Shown piece by piece: positions 9,373 to 19,625 of a stretch of DNA of 64,000 nucleotides; position 1 is the stretch's first letter, and the number at the start of each line of letters is the position of its first letter. The position numbers and the translations under genes are program-made. The stretch is from positions 832,001 to 896,000 of the forward strand of contig CAWFOU010000007.1 in the NCBI GenBank assembly GCA_963817525.1, written 5' to 3'. The notes under the pieces are model-generated. The model was not told the DNA's origin. It saw only the letters and a program-made list of their open reading frames with translations, and searched no databases. Origin of the DNA: an uncultured archaeon. GTDB taxonomy: Archaea; Thermoproteota; Nitrososphaeria; Nitrososphaerales; Gagatemarchaeaceae.

Positions 9373-10383
9373 TGAGACGGGCAGCTCGCGCTGGGTCTTC
9401 CTGGTGAAGTCGATGTCGTAGAGGCACTCGGCGAACTGGTCGGGGGCCATCTCCATGGCGGGAGGGAACACCTCGGCGCACCTCTCTGTGGCGTACGCGC
9501 ACCTGGTCCTGAACCTGCACCCCGACGGGATCGTGACAGGGCTGGGCACATCCCCCTCCAGCGGGGCCAGCAGCCTCCGCTTCGTCGGGTCGGGGAGGGG
9601 GACGGACGACAGCAGGGCCTCGGTGTAGGGGTGCCTCGGCCGGCCGAACAGCGACTCGGTCGGCCCTACCTCCACCAGCCGTCCCAGGTACATCACGCCC
9701 GTCCTCGAGCACATCTGCCTCACCACCGCGAGGTTGTGCGAGATGAATAGGTAGGTCAGCCCGAACTCCTTCTGCAGGTCCCTAAGAAGGTTGAGGATCT
9801 GCGCCTGGACCGACACGTCCAGCGACGACGTCGGCTCGTCCAAGACGAGGAACTCGGGGTTGACCGCGAGCGCCCTGGCCACGGCGATCCTCTGTCTCTG
9901 CCCCCCCGAGAACTCGTGCGGGAACCTCGAGAGATGGTCAGGGTTCAACCCGACCACGCGTATGAGCTCCGCGGCCCTCTTGTCCGCCTCATCCTTCCCG
10001 GAGACGATGTGGTGGATGTGCATGGGCTCCGTGAGGGCGGACTTCACGCTCTGCCGGGGGTCCAGCGAGGCGTACGGGTCCTGGAAGACGATCTGCATCT
10101 TGCGGCGGAAGGGCTTCAGCTTGGCACCCTTGAGCTTGCAGATGTCGGTCCCGTCGAAGAGGATCTTCCCAGCCCGAGGCTCCACGAGCCGGACGATCGT
10201 CCTGGCGAGGGTGGTCTTCCCGCATCCCGACTCGCCCACGATCCCGAGCGTCTCCCCCCTCCTGACCGTCAGGCTCACGCCGTCCACGGCCTTGACGTAG
10301 GCCTGCGTCCTTCCCAGGATCCCTCCCTTTATGGGGAACCACGTGAAGACGTCCTCCGTCCTGAGAAGCTCCGGGTCCTGCAT
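9361..10383 (-). CDS. oppF: Oligopeptide ABC transporter ATPase OppF/DppF
   Basis: GESGCGKT, FSGGQRQR, LDEPT, C-terminal Cys motif (GCRFRTRC); ATG at 10383. Confidence 0.92.
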   Translation of the reverse strand: MQDPELLRTEDVFTWFPIKGGILGRTQAYVKAVDGVSLTVRRGETLGIVGESGCGKTTLARTIVRLVEPRAGKILFDGTDICKLKGAKLKPFRRKMQIVFQDPYASLDPRQSVKSALTEPMHIHHIVSGKDEADKRAAELIRVVGLNPDHLSRFPHEFSGGQRQRIAVARALAVNPEFLVLDEPTSSLDVSVQAQILNLLRDLQKEFGLTYLFISHNLAVVRQMCSRTGVMYLGRLVEVGPTESLFGRPRHPYTEALLSSVPLPDPTKRRLLAPLEGDVPSPVTIPSGCRFRTRCAYATERCAEVFPPAMEMAPDQFAECLYDIDFTRKTQRELPVSSVQ

Positions 10384-10388
10384 CTCTC

Positions 10389-11510
10389 TCAGCCTCCGTA
10401 GAGGAAGCACTCGACGTAGTGGCCCGGCCGCGCCTCGACCAGCGGCGGCTTGGAGAGGGGGCACTTCTCGAAGGCGGACGGGCAGCGAGGATGGAAGCGG
10501 CAGCCGCTCGGCGGGTAGATGAGGTTCGGCACCGACCCCTTGATGGTGCTCAGCTCCCCCTTCACCGCGTCCGGCCGGGGTATCGCGGCGAGAAGGCCCT
10601 GGGTGTAGGGGTGAAGAGGGTTCTTGAAGAGCTCGCCGACCTCCGCGACCTCGACGATGTTCCCGGCGTACATCACGGCCACCCGGTCGCACACCTCCGC
10701 CACGACCGCTAGGTCGTGGGTGATTAGGAGGATCGACGCGTCGATCTTGGTCTTGAGCTCCGTCAGCAGCTTGAGGATCTGAGCCTGGACGGTCACATCG
10801 AGCGCGGTCGTTATCTCGTCGGCGATAAGGAGTGCCGGCCTCCTGACGAGCGCCATCGCTATCATCGCCCTCTGGCGCATCCCGCCGGACAGCTCGAAGG
10901 GATACGTCTTGAACATCCTCTCGGGCTCGGGCAGCCTGACGGTTCCCAGGATCGCGACGGCGTACGCCTTTGAGAGCCTCTTGAACTCCCCCCTGCTGAG
11001 GGCTTCGTGGGATGGAAGGGCCTCGAGCTTGTTCTTTTCCCGGCTCTCCTCCTCCGTCAGCGACCCGCCTTGCGCTGCCTTCTCGAGCGCCTCCAGCCTC
11101 GCGGCGACGACCACGGGCGTGAAGACACGCCGGTCGGTCTCTAGGATCTCTATTATCTGGGAGCCCACAGTGAGGACAGGGTTCAGGTAGGTCAGGGGGT
11201 CCTGGAAGACCATCGCCATCTCCCTGAGCCTGGCCATCCTGATTTCGCCCTGCTTCTCCGTGAGGAGGTCCTTTCCGTCCAGGAATATCTCCCCGCCGAC
11301 CACCTCCGCGTTCGGAGGTAGGAGTCCTTCTATGGACAGGGCGGTGACAGACTTGCCCGAACCGGACTCGCCCACTAGCCCGAGGACCTCTCCCCTCCTC
11401 ACGGAGAGATTCACCCCATCCAGGGCCTTCACCTGCCCCGCGAACGTTTGGAAGTTCACCTGGAGGTTCTTGACCAGGAGGATCTCCCCGCCGGAGTGCT
11501 GAGAGCTCAT
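10389..11510 (-). CDS. oppD: Oligopeptide ABC transporter ATPase OppD/DppD
   Basis: GESGSGKS, LSGGMRQR, GCRFHPRC; ATG at 11510 overlaps the oppC stop. Confidence 0.92.
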   Translation of the reverse strand: MSSQHSGGEILLVKNLQVNFQTFAGQVKALDGVNLSVRRGEVLGLVGESGSGKSVTALSIEGLLPPNAEVVGGEIFLDGKDLLTEKQGEIRMARLREMAMVFQDPLTYLNPVLTVGSQIIEILETDRRVFTPVVVAARLEALEKAAQGGSLTEEESREKNKLEALPSHEALSRGEFKRLSKAYAVAILGTVRLPEPERMFKTYPFELSGGMRQRAMIAMALVRRPALLIADEITTALDVTVQAQILKLLTELKTKIDASILLITHDLAVVAEVCDRVAVMYAGNIVEVAEVGELFKNPLHPYTQGLLAAIPRPDAVKGELSTIKGSVPNLIYPPSGCRFHPRCPSAFEKCPLSKPPLVEARPGHYVECFLYGG

Positions 11511-12427
11511 CTCCTCAGCCTCGGGTCGAGGATGTCCCTCAGGCCGTCCCCGAGGAGGTTGAAGCCGAGCGAGATGAGGAGTATCGTGAGTCCAGGGAAG
11601 ATTATGAGCCACGGCGCGGTGAAGAAGTACTGGCTCCCGAGGCTGGCCAAGTTCCCGAGCTCGGGCAGGAGGGGGCTCGGGCTGAGCCCTATGAATGTCA
11701 GCGCGGAGACCGTCAGGATGACGCTCCCGATGTCCAGGGTCGCCTGCACCATGAGCGGGTAAATCGAGTTCGGGACGATGTGCCTGAACAGGATCCTGAG
11801 CCTGCCCGCGCCTATGGACCGCAGGCTCTCGACATACGGCCTCTCCTTCTCGCTCAGCACCTGCGACCTGACGAGCCTCACATACGTCGGCCACCAGATC
11901 AGGACCACCGCGGCGGTGAGGACGGGGAGCGTCCTCCCGAAGACCACCATGAAGACTATCGCAAGGAGTATCCCCGGGACAGCCAGGAATATGTCGGTCA
12001 CACGTAGGATCGCCTCGTCGACTATCCCGCCGGCGTATGACGCTGTCGCCCCGAAGACGATGCCTATCGTGACGGCGGAGAGCACAACCTCGAGCGCGAT
12101 CTGGAGGTCGACAGGGATGGCGAGGACGATCATCTGGAGGAGGTTCCTCCCGTAGGAGTCCGTCCCCAGAGGATACTGGGTCGGGCACCTTGCGATGTTC
12201 GCGTTCCCCCAGCCGAAGAGCGGGTTGTTCCAGCAGTTCTTCAGGCTCGGGTGCGTGAGCTGCCAGAGCGCCGGGTTTACCAGGACGTGGGACAGGAGCG
12301 CGGTCGCGATGCTGCCCACGGAGAGCACCAGACCTGCGAGGACCAACGGGTTCTTACCTAAGAGGTGGAGCGCGTACCTGAGGTCGGCTGACCGCTTTAC
12401 GTCGGTGGCTGGCTCGGTTTCTGTCAT
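11507..12427 (-). CDS. oppC: Oligopeptide ABC permease OppC
   Basis: PLGTDSYGR, EAA-like loop, FNLLGDGLRDILDPR. Confidence 0.92.
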   Translation of the reverse strand: MTETEPATDVKRSADLRYALHLLGKNPLVLAGLVLSVGSIATALLSHVLVNPALWQLTHPSLKNCWNNPLFGWGNANIARCPTQYPLGTDSYGRNLLQMIVLAIPVDLQIALEVVLSAVTIGIVFGATASYAGGIVDEAILRVTDIFLAVPGILLAIVFMVVFGRTLPVLTAAVVLIWWPTYVRLVRSQVLSEKERPYVESLRSIGAGRLRILFRHIVPNSIYPLMVQATLDIGSVILTVSALTFIGLSPSPLLPELGNLASLGSQYFFTAPWLIIFPGLTILLISLGFNLLGDGLRDILDPRLRR

Positions 12428-12437
12428 GGCTCTCGGC

Positions 12438-13553
12438 TCAATAGCGGATCCGCGGGTCCAGCTTCGCGTAGATTATGTCGACGGCGAGGTTCGTCACCAC
12501 GATGATGAGCGCGGTCACGAGGACGTAGAGTTCGATGAAGTTGATGTCAAACACGTTGACCGCCTGGAGGGAGGTGTATCCGACGCCGGGAAGGTCGAAG
12601 ACAATCTCGATTACGACGACCCCTCCGAAGAGGAAGGCCGTGAGGAGACCCGCGACGGTGACGGCGGGCAGGAGGGCGTTCCTCAGGGCGTGCCTGTAGA
12701 CCACCACGCGCCCCTGGAGCCCCTTCGATTTGGCCAGCAGGATGTAGTCCTGCTTCAGGACCTCTAGCATGCTCGACCTGACTATCCTGGTGAGCGCCCC
12801 GATCGACGTTATCGAGAGGGTGATGGCCGGGAGGATCATCGCCACGAAAGAGTCCCAGGCGTAGTGCAGGTTACCCGAGACGATGCCGTCGATGATGGGC
12901 GCCCCGGTCACCGCCTTGACCGTGCCCGGGTTGTGGAAGCATATGGCGCAGCCGACGGCGAGCGCGCCACTCCCCGGGAGGAGGCCCAGGCCGCCGACGC
13001 GCACATAGAGCACGAAGATGATCAGGAGGACGTAGCCGAACCAGAACTGCGGTATCGAATAACCCCCGAGCGAGACTATGCGCGAGATGTGGTCGGGCAG
13101 CTTGTTGTTGTGGGTGGCAGAGACGATCCCCAGAGGGATGCCGATTGCGATGGTGAGTATCGCTCCCATCACGGCGAGCTGGGCCGTGAAGGGAAACCTG
13201 CTGAAGAAAACGGAGACAGTCTTCTGCCCCGTTATCGAGGGAAGGAGGGTGTAGCCCCAGTTCCCCTTCAGGACGTTGGTGAGCCAGGCTATGTACTGGG
13301 ACCAAACGGGCACCAGGCAGCTATGCTGGAGGGCCGAGAACGCCTGAAAAGAAGGGCAGGAGTTGGTCGCGACTCCGAGCGACTGGGCGAGCACGAGCTT
13401 CTGCTGGGCGTCCATCCTTGGGGTGATGTAAGGAGCGAGGGCAAAGCTGGGAGGAAGAAACCCTCGCGTGAGGTAGAACATCATGAGGCTGATTCCGAAC
13501 AGTACGAGTCCCATCAGGAGTATCCTTCTGATGGCGTACTCGTAGAGCTTCAA
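12438..13553 (-). CDS. oppB: Oligopeptide ABC permease OppB
   Basis: DYILLAKSKGL, HALRNA, DIIYAKLDPRIRY. Confidence 0.92.
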   Translation of the reverse strand: MKLYEYAIRRILLMGLVLFGISLMMFYLTRGFLPPSFALAPYITPRMDAQQKLVLAQSLGVATNSCPSFQAFSALQHSCLVPVWSQYIAWLTNVLKGNWGYTLLPSITGQKTVSVFFSRFPFTAQLAVMGAILTIAIGIPLGIVSATHNNKLPDHISRIVSLGGYSIPQFWFGYVLLIIFVLYVRVGGLGLLPGSGALAVGCAICFHNPGTVKAVTGAPIIDGIVSGNLHYAWDSFVAMILPAITLSITSIGALTRIVRSSMLEVLKQDYILLAKSKGLQGRVVVYRHALRNALLPAVTVAGLLTAFLFGGVVVIEIVFDLPGVGYTSLQAVNVFDINFIELYVLVTALIIVVTNLAVDIIYAKLDPRIRY

Positions 13554-13692
13554 TTGCTATAATCGCCGTTTTCGAATATTTGAGGATTCGCGGGAGGCCG
13601 CGGAATCCCGGGTCGCCGCGAAGAATAGGGTGGAGGGGCCGCTCAGCGCGGCCCCGAAGTTCGCCACAACTAAGCGGAGGGCCCCTCCCTCT

Positions 13693-15855
13693 CTAGTAGA
13701 GGGTGGCGAAGTACTCGGGCCCTACGCCGTTGCCTGCAGCGCTGCCTAGGCTCGTGTTCCAATACATGCCTTGGACGTTGGAGGTCATCGTCACGAAGTT
13801 GACGACGTTGAAGGTCCAAAGGTACATGACCTCCTTGTTCGAGAGCGCGTTCATCTGGTCGCTGTACTGGATGAGCGCTGGAAGGTTGTTCGAGGCGCTG
13901 GCGTTGAGGCTCTGCTGGTAGAGGGCGTTCATGGCGGGGAAGTTCATCCCCGACGTCCCTGGATAGGTGCCCGGATACGCTAGCATGTTGCCTGTGAAGT
14001 CGAGGACCCACGGGTAGTCGTCAATCCATCCGAGCGCATACATGTAGAGGTGGGTAGGCTCCGAGAACGCCTCTGTGATCATCTGCCCTGTCGGGAGAGG
14101 CTGCACCACGACGTTCAGCCCCATGTTGTAGGTGGTGCTGATGTTGTTGATGGTGCCGGCCATGTCGTTGAAGATGGCCTCGTCAGCTGTGTCTCCCGAC
14201 CCGTAGACCAGCGCGACCGTTTGGGACACCGGGCCCGCGCACACCCCGTTAGCAAACGTCTTGCATCCGAATGTGTTGTTGAAGAGTCCCGCGGGAGCTC
14301 TAGTCCCGTTGACGAAGTTGAAGGACGTGATGGGGTTTTGCATAGCCTGTATCAGGAGCTGTGCGGCTGCGTCCGGGTTGTAGCTGTAGGCCGGCGTTAT
14401 GCTAGAGTTGTAGACTCCGGCAGGGGGTAGTCCAGGCGGAACCACGTTATCGGCGACCTTGCCCAGGTTGTCGTTGTTGGAGATGAGCTCTTGGGTCATG
14501 TTGACCGCGTCCGAGAAGGCCAACCTGATCCTCTGGTCAGCGAAAGGCTGCCACGAGTAAAAGGCGCCGGTCAGCGGGCTCGAGACGTTGGTGCCGTAGG
14601 GGTCGAACAGGGTGGAGAGGAAGGGATAGGGCCCGTATAGGGATACTCCTGGGAGGCTGGACGTCAGGTTCCCAGTGCTCAGCCATGTGCTCTTCGAGGC
14701 CACGTCGTAGAGGTTCGTGCCCTCGACGTCTATCGCCATCGCCTGCCCGGGCGTCTTGGCGGCGTTCTGGAGGTCGATCTCACGGGTCGTCTGGTCCGCC
14801 ACGTACTTGAAGACGACAGTCTTGATCTGCGCCTCTATCTTCTGGCCACCAGCGAACTGGTAGGGGGCGCCCCAGTAGCTCGGGTTGGCCTGGAGCGTGA
14901 TTGTGTTCGTCGAAAGGTCATCGCCCGTCATCGTGTATGGCCCGGTTCCTGCCGTGGAGCCCTGGGTCGAGGTGTTGAGGTAAGTGCCTGCGCATCCCGA
15001 GGGGGTCGAACCTGAGTTGCAGGTCGCCGACATGTCGTCGAAGTATTCGATAGCCTTCTGCGTGAAGTTCCCGGTCAGCGTCGTATAGGGCAGCGTGTAC
15101 CCGGCGCTAGCCGCGGTCCAAAGGCCGAGGTCGTGCTGCTCCACATAGCCCGGCGCCAGCTGGTCGACGATCGGGTTGGAGAACAAGTAGGGGAACGCGG
15201 CGTTAGGGTTCTCCACGTTAACGTTGAAGGTGTACTGGCCGGTGACTTGGACGAAGTTCTGGGCCAGCCACTCGTTGACATAGGCGGTCCCATATGTCTG
15301 GGCCCCGCTGAAGAACGTGCTGAGGGACTGGTTCGAGAGCTGCTGGATGAGCCAGCTGGACTGGGTGCCGTGGCCCACCGGAGTGCTGCCGTCGAGTATC
15401 AGCGCCCTGTTGAGGTTGAACCAGACCACCGAAGAGTTAAGCTGCTCGCTGTCGGCGAAGCTTATCCCTGACCTGAGCGTGAAGGTGTACTGCGTCCCCG
15501 CGGTGTTCCCCGAGTAGCTCGATGCCAGCCATGGGATGACGCACGTGGCGCACGAGGAGTTGTACCAGAGAATAGGCTCGTAGACGTTCTGCATCACGTT
15601 GTAGTCATACGAGTAATAGGAGACCGCCGGGTCGAGATACTGCGCAGTCTCTCCCGCCTCGTACGTGATCGAGGCTGGAACGGCTCCCGATGTGGTTGCC
15701 GTGCCTGTGCCGGTCGAGGACATCGACGTCGTGGTGGAGCTCGAGCTCTTCGAGCTGAGTTCTACGGCCGCTATCGCTGCGACCACCAGGATTACCAGGA
15801 CCGCGGCTATCGTCACATTCCTCGAGATTGCATGCCTATTGGGGTTGGTTTCCAA
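13693..15855 (-). CDS. oppA: Oligopeptide ABC substrate-binding protein (family 5)
   Basis: N-terminal hydrophobic anchor plus S/T linker; LDPAVSY, GTGPY and ITLQANPSYWG motifs. Confidence 0.88.
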   Translation of the reverse strand: METNPNRHAISRNVTIAAVLVILVVAAIAAVELSSKSSSSTTTSMSSTGTGTATTSGAVPASITYEAGETAQYLDPAVSYYSYDYNVMQNVYEPILWYNSSCATCVIPWLASSYSGNTAGTQYTFTLRSGISFADSEQLNSSVVWFNLNRALILDGSTPVGHGTQSSWLIQQLSNQSLSTFFSGAQTYGTAYVNEWLAQNFVQVTGQYTFNVNVENPNAAFPYLFSNPIVDQLAPGYVEQHDLGLWTAASAGYTLPYTTLTGNFTQKAIEYFDDMSATCNSGSTPSGCAGTYLNTSTQGSTAGTGPYTMTGDDLSTNTITLQANPSYWGAPYQFAGGQKIEAQIKTVVFKYVADQTTREIDLQNAAKTPGQAMAIDVEGTNLYDVASKSTWLSTGNLTSSLPGVSLYGPYPFLSTLFDPYGTNVSSPLTGAFYSWQPFADQRIRLAFSDAVNMTQELISNNDNLGKVADNVVPPGLPPAGVYNSSITPAYSYNPDAAAQLLIQAMQNPITSFNFVNGTRAPAGLFNNTFGCKTFANGVCAGPVSQTVALVYGSGDTADEAIFNDMAGTINNISTTYNMGLNVVVQPLPTGQMITEAFSEPTHLYMYALGWIDDYPWVLDFTGNMLAYPGTYPGTSGMNFPAMNALYQQSLNASASNNLPALIQYSDQMNALSNKEVMYLWTFNVVNFVTMTSNVQGMYWNTSLGSAAGNGVGPEYFATLY

Positions 15856-15859
15856 ATAG

Positions 15860-15883
15860 AATCAGGGCTACTTAGCCCTGATT
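15860..15883. promoter_or_regulatory. Perfect 11-bp inverted repeat between the oppA TATA box and start codon (candidate operator)
   Basis: AATCAGGGCTA-CT-TAGCCCTGATT. Confidence 0.55.
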
Positions 15884-16076
15884 TTAGGCAAATCTAGTAT
15901 AAGAACGTATCCAAACGGATGCTTGTTATATTGCGCGGCTATGTTAAGTGAAAATCGGAAAGCTTCGGGCTTTACGATTGTGAGAGAGGCAATCGATCCC
16001 TGTCCTTGGTGGCAGGCAGACGGAGTGTAAGGCTGCCACCGTTTTTTTATATTGGCGAGAGACGGGCCGTGCCTAG

Positions 16077-16195
16077 GCGGGGGTCGCCTAGCCTGGTAGG
16101 GCGAAGGATAGGATTAGGGTGTCACAGCCCAATCCCCTGAGTGCTAATCCTTTGTCCGCAAGGACCCGTGGGTTCGAATCCCACTCCCCGCGCCA
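16077..16195 (+). tRNA. tRNA-Ser(GCT) with a 32-nt intron at about position 32/33 (intron 16110-16141), CCA encoded
   Basis: GCGGGGG/TCCCCGC acceptor, G discriminator, AAGGA-TTGCTAA-TCCTT anticodon arm after splicing, long variable arm, GTGGG-TTCGAAT-CCCAC T-arm; relaxed BHB. Confidence 0.88.
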
Positions 16196-16224
16196 GCCGA
16201 TACACCCAGAGGACTCGCCGGTCC

Positions 16225-17096
16225 TCATCTCGCAGACTCGCGTCTAGCGAGGCGGGCGTTCTTCCTTAGTATCGTGAATCCGATTATTCGCGTAAATCGT
16301 GGAAGGCTCCTGGCTCTCACATATATTTCGTAGCAGTCAGATTTCCTAATGTACGTCTTCTTCCCTTTGACGAGTATGCTTCCCTTCCTGGTCTTGATCC
16401 TTGGACCCGTTGTTTCCACGCCAACTCGTGCTAGGAGCGTGCGTACATATTCCAAAAGGTCCAGGTTGGTGTTAGATGCAGTGACAACTCCCTTCTCGTC
16501 GACGCATCCTTCAGAATCGAAGAAGCCCCTTAGGAAGGCAGACATGCATTTGACATCGTACTCGATCCAGGCCCTTAAGTCATGGAGAGGTCTCCTGAGG
16601 AATCTGTAGAGGAGGTAACTACTAACATCTAGCTGATAGTCGTTCGTTTTGGAATCCTTCCAATCTTGTGCCGAGGTGTCTGAAGAATGTGCGAAAGACA
16701 CCGGTTGAACTCCTGAACAAAATCGAGATCGTTTGCCTTCAGGCGAATCCTGTAGTTATAGTGGTTGAGGTTTAGCGAGCCATCTCCCGTTTGAACGCCG
16801 ATTATGTATGCTAATTCTGGACAAAATGTGGCTTTGAACCTTCGAACTCGACCAGCAGGTGAGTGTTTGCGATTCACCCAGTCGGATACGATAGATTTTG
16901 ATAGTCTCACCCCGCACTGTCGATCAATCTCCCTGATGATTTGCGAATATGTGAAGGACTTCTCGCGAAGCGATAGCACGAGGTGGTAGAGCGAGGTTTG
17001 CGATTCCAGAGTTCTGTGCTTCCTTGGGCGAGGATTGAACCGGTCTCGCTTGGCAAGGTCGTAGACGTGTAGCTTGGATGATTGTTGACTCTCCAC
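16225..17096 (-). pseudogene. Free-standing double-motif LAGLIDADG homing endonuclease, frameshifted near 16650
   Basis: ELAYIIGVQTGDGS in ORF 16629-17096 and AFLRGFFDSEGCV in ORF 16225-16701; AT-richer than flanks. Confidence 0.8.
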
Positions 17097-17199
17097 AAAG
17101 AGCTATGGATGAATGATATTTAGTCGGCCATGGTCTGGTGTGAAGGGCCGAAAAGAACCTAGCGAAGACAAATGGCGCTCCGCGCTCTGACCTTCTCTC

Positions 17200-17529
17200 C
17201 TACTCCAGCTTGCTGAAGAAGCAGGAGTGCTTGCCCGTGTGGCAGGCGGGGCCGACCTGGTCGACCACGTAGAGCAGCGTGTCGTTGTCGCAGTCCACGA
17301 GCACCCGCCTCACCTTCTGGATGTGCCCCGAGGTGTCCCCCTTCTTCCAGAGCTCGTTCCTGCTCCTGCTCCAGTAGGTCGCGAGCTTGGTCTTCATGGT
17401 GGCCTCGACAGCCTCGCGGTTGGCGTAGGCGAGCATCAGGACCTTCCCTGTCTTGGCCTCCTGGGTCACCACTGGGACGAGCCCGTTCCCCTTTGCAAAG
17501 TCGATCTCGTCGATCTTCGACGCTTTCAA
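17200..17529 (-). CDS. hisI: Phosphoribosyl-AMP cyclohydrolase
   Basis: [22 protein letters not shown] and [10 protein letters not shown]; TTG at 17529 overlaps the hisF stop. Confidence 0.93.
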   Translation of the reverse strand: MKASKIDEIDFAKGNGLVPVVTQEAKTGKVLMLAYANREAVEATMKTKLATYWSRSRNELWKKGDTSGHIQKVRRVLVDCDNDTLLYVVDQVGPACHTGKHSCFFSKLE

Positions 17530-18284
17530 GGTCTGACTACGACCCCTTTCGCTTCCAGATAATCTTTCACCTGCCTGACGGTGAGCTCGCGGTAGTGGAA
17601 GAGCGACGCGGCGAGCGCGGCGTCGCAACCCGCCTCGCTGAGAGCCTGGTAAAAGTGCTCGAGCGTCCCCGCCCCGCCGCTCGCTATCACGGGGACCCTC
17701 ACCCTCTGGGTGATCGCCCTCAGCAGCTCCACGTCGTACCCCGCCTTGGTGCCGTCGCGGTCGATGGAGGTGACCAGGAGCTCGCCCGCGCCCAGGTCGG
17801 CGGCCTTCTGCGCCCAGGCTACCGCGTCCACGTCGGCTGTCCTGGTGGCGGAGTGACTGAAGACCCTGTAGCCTTCCTCCGTCCTCTTCGCGTCTATCGC
17901 GACGACCACGCACTGGGAGCCGAAGACGTCGGCCAGCTTCGTGATGAGAGCGGGCCTCCTGAGGGCTGCCGTGTTCACCGCGACCTTGTCCGCCCCGCTC
18001 GCCAGGGCGAGCCTCGCGTCGGCCATGCTCCTGATCCCGCCGCCCACCGTGAAGGGGATGTCCAGGCTCGCCGCGACGCTTCTCACCAGGGAGCGCATCG
18101 TCGCCCTCTTCTCGAGGCTCGCAGTGATGTCGAGGAAGACCACCTCGTCCGCCCCCTCGTCCCTGTAGCGGGTCGAGAGCTCCACCGGGTCGCCCGCGTC
18201 CCTTAGCCCCTCGAAGTTGACCCCCTTCACGACCCTGCCCGCCTTCACGTCCAGGCAGGGGACGATGCGCTTCGCGAGGGTCAT
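17526..18284 (-). CDS. hisF: IGP synthase cyclase subunit
   Basis: [27 protein letters not shown]. Confidence 0.96.
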   Translation of the reverse strand: MTLAKRIVPCLDVKAGRVVKGVNFEGLRDAGDPVELSTRYRDEGADEVVFLDITASLEKRATMRSLVRSVAASLDIPFTVGGGIRSMADARLALASGADKVAVNTAALRRPALITKLADVFGSQCVVVAIDAKRTEEGYRVFSHSATRTADVDAVAWAQKAADLGAGELLVTSIDRDGTKAGYDVELLRAITQRVRVPVIASGGAGTLEHFYQALSEAGCDAALAASLFHYRELTVRQVKDYLEAKGVVVRP

Positions 18285-19012
18285 GCCCTCCCACCCTCCA
18301 GGGCTGCTCCGGTCTCCCCCAGGCGCACCCCGCCGTCGTATAGCGCTCGCCCTATGACCGCCCCGGCGGCCCCTCGCCTCTTGATCTCCCTGAGGTCATC
18401 GGCGTTCCTGATCCCCCCTGATGCGATGACCTTGAGCCTCTTCCCGGCGACGCAGAGCGCCTTGAGCGTCTTCAGGTCGGGGCCTTTCGCCATCCCGTCC
18501 TGGCCTACGGCCGTTGCCAGGAGGTTGACTACGCCCGCTGCCTCGAAGCTCTTGGCGGCCTCGAGCACGCTCACGCCTTGGCTCTTCGTCCAGCCGCTCG
18601 TCACCACCTTCCCGTCGAGATAGTCCGACGCGACCACTATCTTCTCGGCGCCGTGCTTCCGAAGGAGCGCGGCGAGCGTCTCAGGCTCCCTGTAGGCGAG
18701 CGTCCCGACTATCACCCTCTCCGCCCCCGCCTCCAGCCACGAGTCCACGGCCGCGCTAGACCTAACGCCTCCCCCCACCTCGACGGGGATCTTCGCCTTG
18801 CTCACTATGCCCAGGATGGTCTCCCGGTTCGACCCCTTCCCGAAGGCCGCGTCGAGGTCGATGATGTGCAGCCCGTCGGCGCCCTCTCGCTCCCACCTCG
18901 CGGCGACCTCCGAGGCCTTCTCCCCCCAGCTCGTCTTCATCTCCTCCTTCCCCTGCTTCAGGGTCACTACTGACCCGGAGAGGAGGTCGATCGCAGCCCA
19001 GAGTTCAAGCAA
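18281..19012 (-). CDS. hisA: ProFAR isomerase
   Basis: [27 protein letters not shown]. Confidence 0.93.
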   Translation of the reverse strand: MLELWAAIDLLSGSVVTLKQGKEEMKTSWGEKASEVAARWEREGADGLHIIDLDAAFGKGSNRETILGIVSKAKIPVEVGGGVRSSAAVDSWLEAGAERVIVGTLAYREPETLAALLRKHGAEKIVVASDYLDGKVVTSGWTKSQGVSVLEAAKSFEAAGVVNLLATAVGQDGMAKGPDLKTLKALCVAGKRLKVIASGGIRNADDLREIKRRGAAGAVIGRALYDGGVRLGETGAALEGGRA

Positions 19013-19019
19013 AGGCGCC

Positions 19020-19616
19020 CTACCTCTTCACCGCTCGCAGGAAGTTGAGCAGTATCTTCCGGCCAGCCTGCCCCGACTTTTCCGGGTGGAACTGGGCGCC
19101 ATAGACGTTCTTCTCGCTGACTAACGCGGGAAACTCGACGCCGTAGTCCGTCGTGGCGACGACCCACTCCCCCTTGGTGGCGGGGTAGTACGAGTTGACG
19201 TAGTACACCCACGCCTGCTCTTCCAGCCCCCCGGTCAGCTCCGACTCCCTCTTCACCGTGAGCGTGTTCCAGCCTATCTGCGGGACCTTCACCCCGGAGG
19301 CGCGGAACTTCTTGACCTCGCCCGGGAAGAGCGCCAAGCCCCGCCCAGGCCCCTCCTCGCTCTTGGAGAAGAAGAGCTGGAGACCGAGGCACACCCCAAG
19401 CAGGGGCTTCCCGGAGTCGACCGCGTCGCGTATCTTCCGCATCGGAAGCACCTTGGCCGCCTGGTTGAAGCTCCCGACGCCGGGAAGGACTATGGCGTCC
19501 GCTTCCTTCAGCCCCTTCCCGTCCTTCGTGAGCGACGTCTTCGCCCCCTCCTTCTTGAAGGCCGCCTGGATGCTGAAGAGGTTGCCTGCGCCGTAGTTGA
19601 ATATCTCTATGCGCAT
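19020..19616 (-). CDS. hisH: IGP synthase glutaminase subunit
   Basis: LPGVGSF, GVCLGLQ, QFHPEKS. Confidence 0.95.
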   Translation of the reverse strand: MRIEIFNYGAGNLFSIQAAFKKEGAKTSLTKDGKGLKEADAIVLPGVGSFNQAAKVLPMRKIRDAVDSGKPLLGVCLGLQLFFSKSEEGPGRGLALFPGEVKKFRASGVKVPQIGWNTLTVKRESELTGGLEEQAWVYYVNSYYPATKGEWVVATTDYGVEFPALVSEKNVYGAQFHPEKSGQAGRKILLNFLRAVKR

Positions 19617-19625
19617 GCCCTTAGC

